Positions 57,021-64,000 of a DNA stretch of 64,000 nucleotides are shown piece by piece. The position numbers and the translations under genes are program-made. The notes below the pieces were generated by a model. The model searched no databases. It was not told the origin of the DNA and saw only the letters and a list, made by a program, of their open reading frames with translations. Source of the DNA: a virus; the IMG/VR virus record IMGVR_UViG_3300032213_002091, positions 25,041 through 89,040 of that record, one strand, 5' to 3'. How positions within the stretch are numbered: the first letter of the stretch is position 1; every line of letters starts with the position of its first letter.

Positions 57021-57162
57021 CGCCCTGCTCGCCCTCGCCCTGCTGCTCGTCCTTGCCCTGTGGTTCACCCTCGGCGCAGCGGTTGAGCTGTGCATCAAGG
57101 TGACCTTCGTGCGCCTGTTGCCACTCCTGCTAAGATTGCCACCACCGGAGGCGGATCAGTGA
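57013..57162 (+). CDS. Small membrane protein (49 aa)
   Basis: MLNALLALALLLVLALWF...; GGAGG upstream. Confidence 0.55.
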   Translation: MLNALLALALLLVLALWFTLGAAVELCIKVTFVRLLPLLLRLPPPEADQ

Positions 57163-57290
57163 CTAACAAACAACTGTATACTCTTTGTGGCGTGATTACT
57201 TTGTCTGCAGCGTATATTACGAACAGCACATTTCTGAGTGTGTTTGCGTTTTTGTGGTTCGTTTCTTCACTAGTTAGTAAAAATGACTAA
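57159..57290 (+). CDS. Small membrane protein
   Basis: GTGA coupling; two hydrophobic stretches. Confidence 0.5.
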   Translation: MTNKQLYTLCGVITLSAAYITNSTFLSVFAFLWFVSSLVSKND

Positions 57291-57639
57291 TTCAACCACG
57301 GGTAAAACTTTCATTGTCACGAAGGTCTACGACGAGGACTGCGATGTTTGCAAACACATGAGCAAACATGATCGAGCAGTGTACGAAGGTTTTTCGGAAG
57401 TTGCTTATCAGGAAGTTAACCTGAATGACGTAATCAACCACGACAACGACTTTACGAAACTCCGTTTGTACCAGTGCCTTGAGCGCTATGCGCTTAACAA
57501 CGACTACACGATCGACCTTCCTGTTTACGTGTATTTAACGAAACAGGGGAAGTACGTGGGACACCACATCGGTTCAGCAACTGTTGTCGAACTTCGTGAA
57601 AAAACAAAAGAAATCCTCGAAGACTGTTTACCAGAGTAA
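57283..57639 (+). CDS. Thioredoxin-like protein
   Basis: KVYDEDCDVCKHM and LPVYVY. Confidence 0.7.
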   Translation: MTNSTTGKTFIVTKVYDEDCDVCKHMSKHDRAVYEGFSEVAYQEVNLNDVINHDNDFTKLRLYQCLERYALNNDYTIDLPVYVYLTKQGKYVGHHIGSATVVELREKTKEILEDCLPE

Positions 57640-57673
57640 ATCCTGAGGAGAATAACTACTCAGTGTATAGTCT

Positions 57674-58297
57674 ATGTACCACATTCTTTACAACTCTTTT
57701 GAAGAAAGACCGGGTGGGAGAGACTATATCGGTGCCCATAGCACTGATAACTTGAACGACGGGTACTTGGGTTCTTTCTCGGACCCAACTTTCGAACCTA
57801 CTGCTAAAATCATCATTTCTTTTCACCCTGACAGAGAATCTCTGATGAGGGCAGAAATGCACCTCCAGCGACTACTCAAGGTTGTAGAAGATCCCCAATA
57901 TGCAAACCGTGCTTACCAAACCTCGTCAGGTTTTTCAACTCAGGGGTTAAAACACTTAAGTGGGTGGAAATGGAGTGAAGAAGCGAAAGAGAGGCGAAGG
58001 GGAGAAGGAAACCCCATGTTTGGGAAGTCTCGCGAAAGGAGTCTTGACAGCTCCCTTGCCTTAGAAACCAAACAGAAAATGCGGGAAAAGAAGTTGGGTG
58101 AAAACAACCCAATGTATGGCAGGTCGGGTGAGTTGAGTCCAACTTACGGCAGAGTGAAGTCAAAGGCGGAAATAGAATCTCGTCGTGGTAAAATGAAGAA
58201 AAAACGATGGTTTGTAAACCCTGATGGGGAAACTAAAATGTTTGACACACAACCTCAGGGCGAATGGCGTCCTGGACGCCTTTGGGAGGAAGACTGA
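57674..58297 (+). mobile_element. Free-standing GIY-YIG (Seg-like) homing endonuclease with NUMOD3-type repeats
   Basis: YIGAHSTDNLNDGYLGS; GEGNPMFGK and GENNPMYGR. Confidence 0.8.
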
Positions 58298-58299
58298 CG

Positions 58300-58626
58300 T
58301 TGGGACATCACGTACTTGTATCCCTTTACGGGATAGCTTTTAACTTGTTGGATGATTCTAACGGGATTAAACAGGCTTTTGAGAAAGCTGTGGAAGTTTG
58401 CGGCGCAACCGTTCTCAACCGGTTTTCTCACCAGTTTTTCCCTCAAGGCGTAACAATCGTTTACGCTCTCGCAGAAAGTCACATTAGCATTCACACTTTC
58501 CCGGAGAGAGGGTGTTGCGCAATCGACGTATACACCTGCGGGGACATGAATTCGCGAGAAGGAATGCAAGTCTTGATTGACTACTTTCAACCAATTGAAA
58601 TTTCAATGCAGGAGATCAACAGATGA
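58300..58626 (+). CDS. speD: S-adenosylmethionine decarboxylase proenzyme
   Basis: HQFFPQGVT...LAESHISIHTFPE...IDVYTCG; start is TTG 58300 or ATG 58264. Confidence 0.93.
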   Translation: MGHHVLVSLYGIAFNLLDDSNGIKQAFEKAVEVCGATVLNRFSHQFFPQGVTIVYALAESHISIHTFPERGCCAIDVYTCGDMNSREGMQVLIDYFQPIEISMQEINR

Positions 58627-58772
58627 CAAGTAAAAAGAAACTGGCTAAAGAAGCTCTCAAGAATCCCGAGCTTTTCTCATTCGGCGAGCTGGCATTCTTT
58701 CGCAAATGGCTAGAACACCGTCGCCTGCGAAAGCTCCAGAAAAAAGAGCAGAAGAACAAAGATGAGGCGTGA
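58623..58772 (+). CDS. Small basic protein (49 aa)
   Basis: MTSKKKLAKEALKNPELFSFGEL...; ATGA coupling. Confidence 0.6.
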   Translation: MTSKKKLAKEALKNPELFSFGELAFFRKWLEHRRLRKLQKKEQKNKDEA

Positions 58773-58774
58773 CG

Positions 58775-58801
58775 TTTACTTTTGTAACTAACCCCTATAC
58801 T
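58775..58801 (+). promoter_or_regulatory. Class-2 promoter TTTACT-N15-TATACT
   Basis: Before hli ATG 58826. Confidence 0.6.
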
Positions 58802-58825
58802 GGTGATGTCCTACGCGCTAAACTA

Positions 58826-59023
58826 ATGACAGTCACTTCCAACGAGCTGGGACAGCAAAACATCTTCGCAAAAGAACCTCCAATTACCATGGTTGACCAT
58901 CCTTACGGCGTTCCTCACAACGAACGCGCAGAAAAACTGAATGGCCGCATCGCAATGCTTGGTGTCATCGCTGCTCTTGGCGCCTATGCCCTAACCGGGC
59001 AGATCATTCCTGGAATTTGGTGA
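58826..59023 (+). CDS. hli: High-light-inducible protein
   Basis: NIFAKEP and AEKLNGRIAMLG...YALTGQIIPGIW. Confidence 0.95.
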   Translation: MTVTSNELGQQNIFAKEPPITMVDHPYGVPHNERAEKLNGRIAMLGVIAALGAYALTGQIIPGIW

Positions 59024-59028
59024 CACAA

Positions 59029-59268
59029 ATGTGGTGGCCAACCCTCGAATCGCTCAAAGATCTTACGGTTGAAGAAACTGAAGAAGGGTTCGATCTTTCC
59101 GCTCCGGACGGCTCCGAGTGCGGACTCTGGTTGGCCCACTTTTCCGAGACGGAAGAGCTTAGACAAGAGTTTCAAGCAGAGCTAGAGACCTGTATACTTA
59201 ACTACATCAAGGAACACGATGTCAAAAATGAAGTCCCCGACCGGTCAGAAAGTGGTTGTTCGGGTTGA
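59029..59268 (+). CDS. Hypothetical acidic protein
   Basis: ATG 59029. Confidence 0.6.
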   Translation: MWWPTLESLKDLTVEETEEGFDLSAPDGSECGLWLAHFSETEELRQEFQAELETCILNYIKEHDVKNEVPDRSESGCSG

Positions 59269-59362
59269 AAAGAAAACGGCGCAGGGCCGTTCTCGCAATA
59301 CGAATCTTGCTGCAACGCCGAACCGGGGAAGGAAACGCCGGTATCGGGGCCAAGGTTCATGA
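59219..59362 (+). CDS. Small basic cyanophage protein (47 aa)
   Basis: KKTAQG...RKRRYRGQG; ATGA-coupled to the next gene. Confidence 0.6.
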   Translation: MSKMKSPTGQKVVVRVEKKTAQGRSRNTNLAATPNRGRKRRYRGQGS

Positions 59363-59673
59363 GCCTAACACAGTTGAACCCCCCATTGCCCCTAGAAACT
59401 CCGAAAGGGAAAGGGTGGGCTCACGCTGTTATCGACTATTCACAGGAGCACGATCTTCTGTGGATGGTCTTTTTGAACGAGGGTGGTGAATGCTGGTGCT
59501 TCCCGAACTCGGATATTCGCATGGTTAACAATTTCTCTCTTGGTCGTTATGTCCCTGATTATCAGTCTTACCGTAGCTTCGGCAGTGGGAACCCTCCTTG
59601 GCAATCTCAGCCTGTTCATGATAATCGGCGCGATGGCGGAGAGGCAACAAAAGAAACAACAAAGGGAACTTGA
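59359..59673 (+). CDS. Hypothetical protein
   Basis: QLNPPLPLETPKG.GWAH..IDYSQEHDL.W. Confidence 0.7.
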   Translation: MSLTQLNPPLPLETPKGKGWAHAVIDYSQEHDLLWMVFLNEGGECWCFPNSDIRMVNNFSLGRYVPDYQSYRSFGSGNPPWQSQPVHDNRRDGGEATKETTKGT

Positions 59674-59752
59674 GCGCATGCAGAACGCATTCCTGGAGAT
59701 GCGACAGAAAGAAACCGAGCGACTGTATCGCTACGCACAAATGGAAAGCTAA
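59549..59752 (+). CDS. Small TM plus coiled-coil protein
   Basis: Hydrophobic N-terminus and Q/E/R-rich tail; overlaps the previous gene. Confidence 0.5.
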   Translation: MSLIISLTVASAVGTLLGNLSLFMIIGAMAERQQKKQQRELERMQNAFLEMRQKETERLYRYAQMES

Positions 59753-59754
59753 GG

Positions 59755-59782
59755 TTTACCGCCCGGTTTTCGAGCCTATATT
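59755..59782 (+). promoter_or_regulatory. Class-2 promoter TTTACC-N16-TATATT
   Basis: Before GTG 59806. Confidence 0.6.
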
Positions 59783-59805
59783 AAACTCACCTGTTCCAAA
59801 CCCCT

Positions 59806-60447
59806 GTGAACATTTTCGCTGTAAACAACGACCCTCGCCTCGCCGCCAAAGACCTACCCGACAAACTCATAGTGAAAATGCCCACGGAGTCGCTTCAACT
59901 GCTGACCCCATGGGCTTTCAACACGCATGGGGTTAAAATCGAAAAGCCGGGGCAAAAAGAACTCTTTGAATCCGATAAAAAATACTACGGCATCAAAGGA
60001 TTCGCTCACCATCCCTGTGCAAAGTGGCTCTACGAAAGTCCCGCGAACGTTCATTGGTTGCTTGAACATGCTTTTGGCATGGCCGACGAGTATTGGCAGC
60101 GTTATGACAAATACCACGGAACTCTACACGGACTAAACCAAATCAGAACTCTGGTGTACACCAATCACAACAAAGATTACTCCCGAGACCACACCGAGTT
60201 TGTCCAAGCAATGCCCGAGGAGTTCAAAGTTCCTGACGACCCTGTAACTGCATACCGCAACTACGTCAACGGTTACAAAGGTTACGCCGAGTGGCGTTAC
60301 AGTGAGAAACCAGACTGGTGGGATGAAACAAAGCACGAACCTGTGCGCAAACAGTATCTCGCCGAGCGAGAAGAAAAACGCCTGAAACGTAAGAATGACA
60401 AGTATCCGCGAGTACCGGCAACCCTACAAAGTGAACGGGAAATTTGA
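59806..60447 (+). CDS. Pyrimidine-dimer glycosylase-like (DenV-related) protein
   Basis: MNIF...P..AA....DK.IVKM..E..QLL, HHPC.KW, QAMPEEFK..DPVTAYRNY. Confidence 0.75.
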   Translation: MNIFAVNNDPRLAAKDLPDKLIVKMPTESLQLLTPWAFNTHGVKIEKPGQKELFESDKKYYGIKGFAHHPCAKWLYESPANVHWLLEHAFGMADEYWQRYDKYHGTLHGLNQIRTLVYTNHNKDYSRDHTEFVQAMPEEFKVPDDPVTAYRNYVNGYKGYAEWRYSEKPDWWDETKHEPVRKQYLAEREEKRLKRKNDKYPRVPATLQSEREI

Positions 60448-61372
60448 ATTCCCCGAGTTTTTCGAAGCCTACCACAAGGCTCAATCGTCTCAATGGCGCC
60501 CTCAAGAGGCTTCCTTTGAGAGTGACATTCGCGACTGGCAAAACGCAAGCCAGGACGAACGGGAAATCGTGGGTGGTATCCTCCGAGGATTTACCCAACT
60601 TGAGTGCCATGTTAGCGATTACTGGTCAAACATTCCAGCATGGTTCCCCAAACACGAGGTTGCTGCAGTCGCAAGAGCTTTCGCTCTTTCGGAAATTGTT
60701 CATGCTGAGGCGTACAATCTGCTATCCGACACTCTTGGGTTAGATGAGTTTGAAGCATTCCTTGGCGACCCAATCGCCCAACAAAAGATCGGATACTTCC
60801 TTGAAAATCGAGGAGTTAAGGAGTCTCTTGCTGTGTTCAGCGGTGCTGGGGAAGGTGTTTCTCTATTCAGTTCTTTTGCTGTTCTTCTCTCCCTTAACCT
60901 TACTGGGCGTTTCAAGGGAATCGCTCAAATCATTTCTTGGTCGGCTCTTGATGAGCAGCAACATTCAGAAACCGGAATAGCCCTGTTCAACCAGTTGGTG
61001 AAAGAAGAGGGCCTGGGTGAAATCGAGGAATACAACATCGTTCGCGGTTTCGATGAAGTTGTGAAGAACGAGCTGGTTTTTCTGGACAACATCTTCAAAG
61101 GCCGAAAGCTCAGCACCATCGACAAATACGACGTTGAGAACTACCTTTATTACCGCGCAAACGACCGGCTCATGCGTTTGAACATTGGCAAAAGATACAC
61201 CTACGATGAAGCTGCCGCCACGCGAATCAAGGAGTGGTTTCACCCGATCATGGAAGGTGCGACCAGCACAGACTTCTTCGCCCAAGCCAAAGATGGAAGC
61301 AACTATGTTTCCAAACCCACTCAAGATTTCATGGGTGTTAACCTCAAGACGCTAGACCTGAACCTCGTATGA
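60395..61372 (+). CDS. nrdB: Ribonucleotide reductase class I beta subunit
   Basis: FTQLE, EIVHAEAY, EGVSLFSSF, DEQQH, TDFF. Confidence 0.93.
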   Translation: MTSIREYRQPYKVNGKFEFPEFFEAYHKAQSSQWRPQEASFESDIRDWQNASQDEREIVGGILRGFTQLECHVSDYWSNIPAWFPKHEVAAVARAFALSEIVHAEAYNLLSDTLGLDEFEAFLGDPIAQQKIGYFLENRGVKESLAVFSGAGEGVSLFSSFAVLLSLNLTGRFKGIAQIISWSALDEQQHSETGIALFNQLVKEEGLGEIEEYNIVRGFDEVVKNELVFLDNIFKGRKLSTIDKYDVENYLYYRANDRLMRLNIGKRYTYDEAAATRIKEWFHPIMEGATSTDFFAQAKDGSNYVSKPTQDFMGVNLKTLDLNLV

Positions 61373-63297
61373 CCGAACCAATCGCCCCCAAGTGGCTTTC
61401 CAACGAAGGAATGCACACTTTATCCGCAGGCTATTTGCTGCCTGGGGAAACTCCCCGTGCGATGTTTCAACGGGTTTCCCGTGCAGCGTCCGTAATTAAC
61501 GAAGACGAAACCCTTTATGACGACCTTTTTACTTGCCTTTGGAATGGGTGGCTGGGTCTGGCTTCTCCCGTCGCTGCTAATTTTGGGACCTCACGAGCCC
61601 TTCCCATATCTTGCTACTCTGTACACCCTAGCGATTCTGTTAGCAGTATTTACTCACATCTCAAAGAAGTCGCGCAGCTGAGCAAAAACGGTGGCGGTGT
61701 TGGGGTTTATTTTGGCGATGTACGCCCTGCTGGCGCTCCTATTACAGGTGGTGGAAAGTCTACAGGGATAGTTCCCTGGGCGCAGCAGTACGACCTCTGC
61801 GCTCGAGTTGTATCGCAGGGCGGAGTTCGTCGAGGATCATTCGCAATCTACCTCCCGATTGATCACCCCGACGTTCCCGAACTGCTTCGATCTAAGGATC
61901 ACACGAAGGGAGATCCTCGAAAGTTTATCGACTCAAACGTGGCCTTAACAATCACGGATGAGTGGGTTGAATCGATGATCGCCGGTGACAATGAGAAACA
62001 AGAACTCTTCGGAGAAGTTCTGAAGACAAGACTGATCTCTGGTTCTCCCTACTTGGTTTTCATTGACAACGCTAATCGGCAAAACCCGGAGTGCTACACT
62101 GAGCGTGGCCTCTCCGTGAAAACCTCAAATCTTTGCTCAGAAATCTTCCTTCACACCGATGAGTATCATTCGTTCGTCTGCGTCCTCAGCAGCCTCAATC
62201 TTAGTCGGTACGACGAGTTTAGTGATTGGAAATCTCCTACTACTGGACGTACGGTCCCCGAACTCGCGATTCATCTCCTCGATGCAGTCGTTTCGGAATT
62301 CATTCGCAAGGCAAAAGACAAAGTTGGACTCGGTCGCTCCGTTCGCTTCGCTGAGAAAAGCCGGGCACTAGGTCTTGGCACAATGGGCCTTCACACACTG
62401 TACCAGAAACGTGGATTACCTTTCAGCTCGCCTGGCGCTCGTGAACTCAACATCGAAACGCATAAGTGGATTCGAGAGCGAGCTGAAGTTGCCTCACGAG
62501 AACTGGCACAGAAGTTTGGGGAGCCCGAATGGTGCGTGGGGTCCGGTAGACGCCATACTCATCTTATTGCTGTTGCTCCTACTCGGACCAATAGTGTTAT
62601 TAGTGGAGCGTTTAGCCAAGGTATTGAGCCAATCGATTCAAACTATTTTGTTGCGAAACAAGCCAAAGGAACTTACGTTCGAAAGAACCCTGTTCTAGAA
62701 AAGCTTCTTTGTGAACGCGGAGTCAGCGAAGGGATTTGGGAGCAGATTCTGACAGCAAAGGGGAGTGTTCAGGACCTTACCGTTCTGAGTGACGAGGAGA
62801 AAGAAATCTTCAAAACAGCTCGAGAAATTGACCAGTTTGAACTGGTGAAGCAAGCAGCTGATCGTCAACCGTTTATCTGCCAAGGGCAAAGTTTGAATCT
62901 GTTTGTAGACCCGGAATCTGACGCCGCATATATCACTCGCCTTCACCTTTCTGCCTGGAAAATGGGACTGAAATCCCTGTACTACCTAAAGTCAAGTTCT
63001 TTGCTAACGAATAAAAAGGTGGTGCCAGCGCTGGTGGTTACAAAAGAAGGTTGCCCGTGGTGCGTCAAACTGAAAGACGAACTTCAGAAGAGAAACATTG
63101 TTTTCGAGGAAATCTCAAAACAAGAGGCTCAAGATAGAGGATATTGGAACCCTGAATGGCAGACAGTTCCCCAGCTTTGGCTATACAAGAAGCACATTGG
63201 CGGCTATACTGACTTCATGGCTCACACCGAAAAAGCCGAAATTCCTCAAGAAACTGGGACAACAAACTATGCTGAATGCACTTCCTGCGAAGCCTAA
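61369..63297 (+). CDS. nrdA: Ribonucleotide reductase alpha subunit with an embedded glutaredoxin domain
   Basis: PISC, GGGVG, SNLCSEI, VCVLSSLN, APT, KSLYY; then TKEGCPWC...TVPQ...IGGY; terminal CTSCEA. Confidence 0.95.
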   Translation: MTEPIAPKWLSNEGMHTLSAGYLLPGETPRAMFQRVSRAASVINEDETLYDDLFTCLWNGWLGLASPVAANFGTSRALPISCYSVHPSDSVSSIYSHLKEVAQLSKNGGGVGVYFGDVRPAGAPITGGGKSTGIVPWAQQYDLCARVVSQGGVRRGSFAIYLPIDHPDVPELLRSKDHTKGDPRKFIDSNVALTITDEWVESMIAGDNEKQELFGEVLKTRLISGSPYLVFIDNANRQNPECYTERGLSVKTSNLCSEIFLHTDEYHSFVCVLSSLNLSRYDEFSDWKSPTTGRTVPELAIHLLDAVVSEFIRKAKDKVGLGRSVRFAEKSRALGLGTMGLHTLYQKRGLPFSSPGARELNIETHKWIRERAEVASRELAQKFGEPEWCVGSGRRHTHLIAVAPTRTNSVISGAFSQGIEPIDSNYFVAKQAKGTYVRKNPVLEKLLCERGVSEGIWEQILTAKGSVQDLTVLSDEEKEIFKTAREIDQFELVKQAADRQPFICQGQSLNLFVDPESDAAYITRLHLSAWKMGLKSLYYLKSSSLLTNKKVVPALVVTKEGCPWCVKLKDELQKRNIVFEEISKQEAQDRGYWNPEWQTVPQLWLYKKHIGGYTDFMAHTEKAEIPQETGTTNYAECTSCEA

Positions 63298-63298
63298 G

Positions 63299-63976
63299 AT
63301 GACACGTCGTCGCAACAAAAAATACCCAAGACTGACGCCCGAGCAGCAGAAACTTGTGTCGGAACACACTTGGATCGCAGGCAGACTCGCCTACGGCGCA
63401 AAGTGTTTAACGGGGGGTCACACGGGTTCACTTACGCGGGAAGATCTTGAGTCGGTGGCAAAATTCGCGTTGTGCGTTGCCGCAACCCGTTACCGCTCCG
63501 ATATGGATGTTAAGTATAGCACTTACGCATGGAACACTGCTAGGGGTTACATTCAACACGCCCTCCGAGATTACTCTCGCATGGTACGGACACCGCGCTG
63601 GATTGCCAATTATCGAAACAAAGTGTCCGACCTCGTGAAAGAGGGCAAGACCTACAAGGAAATTGCCGATATTTTGGGCCTTGACGAGAGCAGAGTTCTC
63701 AACTGCGAGATGTCCGAGAACAATTACCACGTGTCTTACGATAGCTCGCCCGAGGACTGGAGCACTCCCGAGTTCGTCTACAACTTTGAAGAGCACAAGG
63801 CAACGTTGTTAAGCCCAAACCTCATTCACGAGATCCGCGCTTTGACGGACGCTGAGATGGTGATGCTGCTAAAGTACGTCGAGGGTGAGCCCATGAGTGA
63901 CGAGGAGAAGGAATACGCCGCAGAAAAATTCTTTGAACTTCAGGCGATTGCACATGGACTCCGAGAAGAACTTTGA
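63299..63976 (+). CDS. SigF/SigB-like sigma factor with apparently truncated region 4
   Basis: YSTYAWNTARGYIQHALRD..RMVRTPRW (region 2.3-2.4), TYKEIADILG (region 3); no second HTH seen. Confidence 0.85.
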   Translation: MTRRRNKKYPRLTPEQQKLVSEHTWIAGRLAYGAKCLTGGHTGSLTREDLESVAKFALCVAATRYRSDMDVKYSTYAWNTARGYIQHALRDYSRMVRTPRWIANYRNKVSDLVKEGKTYKEIADILGLDESRVLNCEMSENNYHVSYDSSPEDWSTPEFVYNFEEHKATLLSPNLIHEIRALTDAEMVMLLKYVEGEPMSDEEKEYAAEKFFELQAIAHGLREEL

Positions 63977-64000
63977 GGTTAAGCCGTTTCCCCTTGAGAC

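Noticed and set aside
57640-58300. Group I intron around the homing endonuclease
   Set aside because: The flanking genes look complete and there is no non-coding room for an intron core
61369-63297. Intein in nrdA (also considered for terL)
   Set aside because: Lengths are normal and no splicing motifs were seen; the extra nrdA domain is glutaredoxin-like
1-64000. tRNA genes, integrase, capsid or portal genes, and alternative genetic code
   Set aside because: None recognised by eye; ORFs tile densely under the standard code with all three stops used. tRNAscan-SE and profile searches would be needed to exclude divergent cases

Overview
A 64-kb segment of a large dsDNA tailed phage genome, almost entirely on the + strand. 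It is most likely a freshwater or estuarine cyanophage (hli, speD, phoH, mazG, thyX, fatty-acid desaturase, 2OG-Fe(II) oxygenase). Mu-like neck proteins and a baseplate spike suggest a non-T4 myovirus. Order: LRR/Calx-beta surface protein, baseplate and neck genes, terminase (0.4-8.5 kb); a divergent desaturase/phoH pair (8.8-10.8 kb); Cys-motif proteins including an HNH nuclease and a protein kinase (10.8-19.8 kb); a mosaic tail-fibre/collagen region (19.8-37.6 kb); nucleotide metabolism (38-41.8 kb); tape measure/baseplate (41.8-49 kb); then replication and auxiliary genes, two sigma factors and a glutaredoxin-containing RNR (49-64 kb). Main findings: (1) an oriented GGGTAAAA box, resembling the cyanobacterial SigF -12 element, precedes 16 transcription units, and the phage encodes a SigF-like sigma that appears to lack the -35-reading helix-turn-helix; (2) a second bipartite promoter class, TTTAC(C)-N15/16-TATA(C/G)T, precedes replication/metabolic genes, and the other sigma is complete; (3) two proteins share an identical Cx5Cx3Cx6C N-terminal module but carry different C-terminal effectors (HNH, kinase), within a cluster of proteins bearing repeated [FY]-[SA]-[ED] motifs. 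No tRNA, CRISPR array, capsid or portal gene was recognised. All calls are by eye; no database searches were run.
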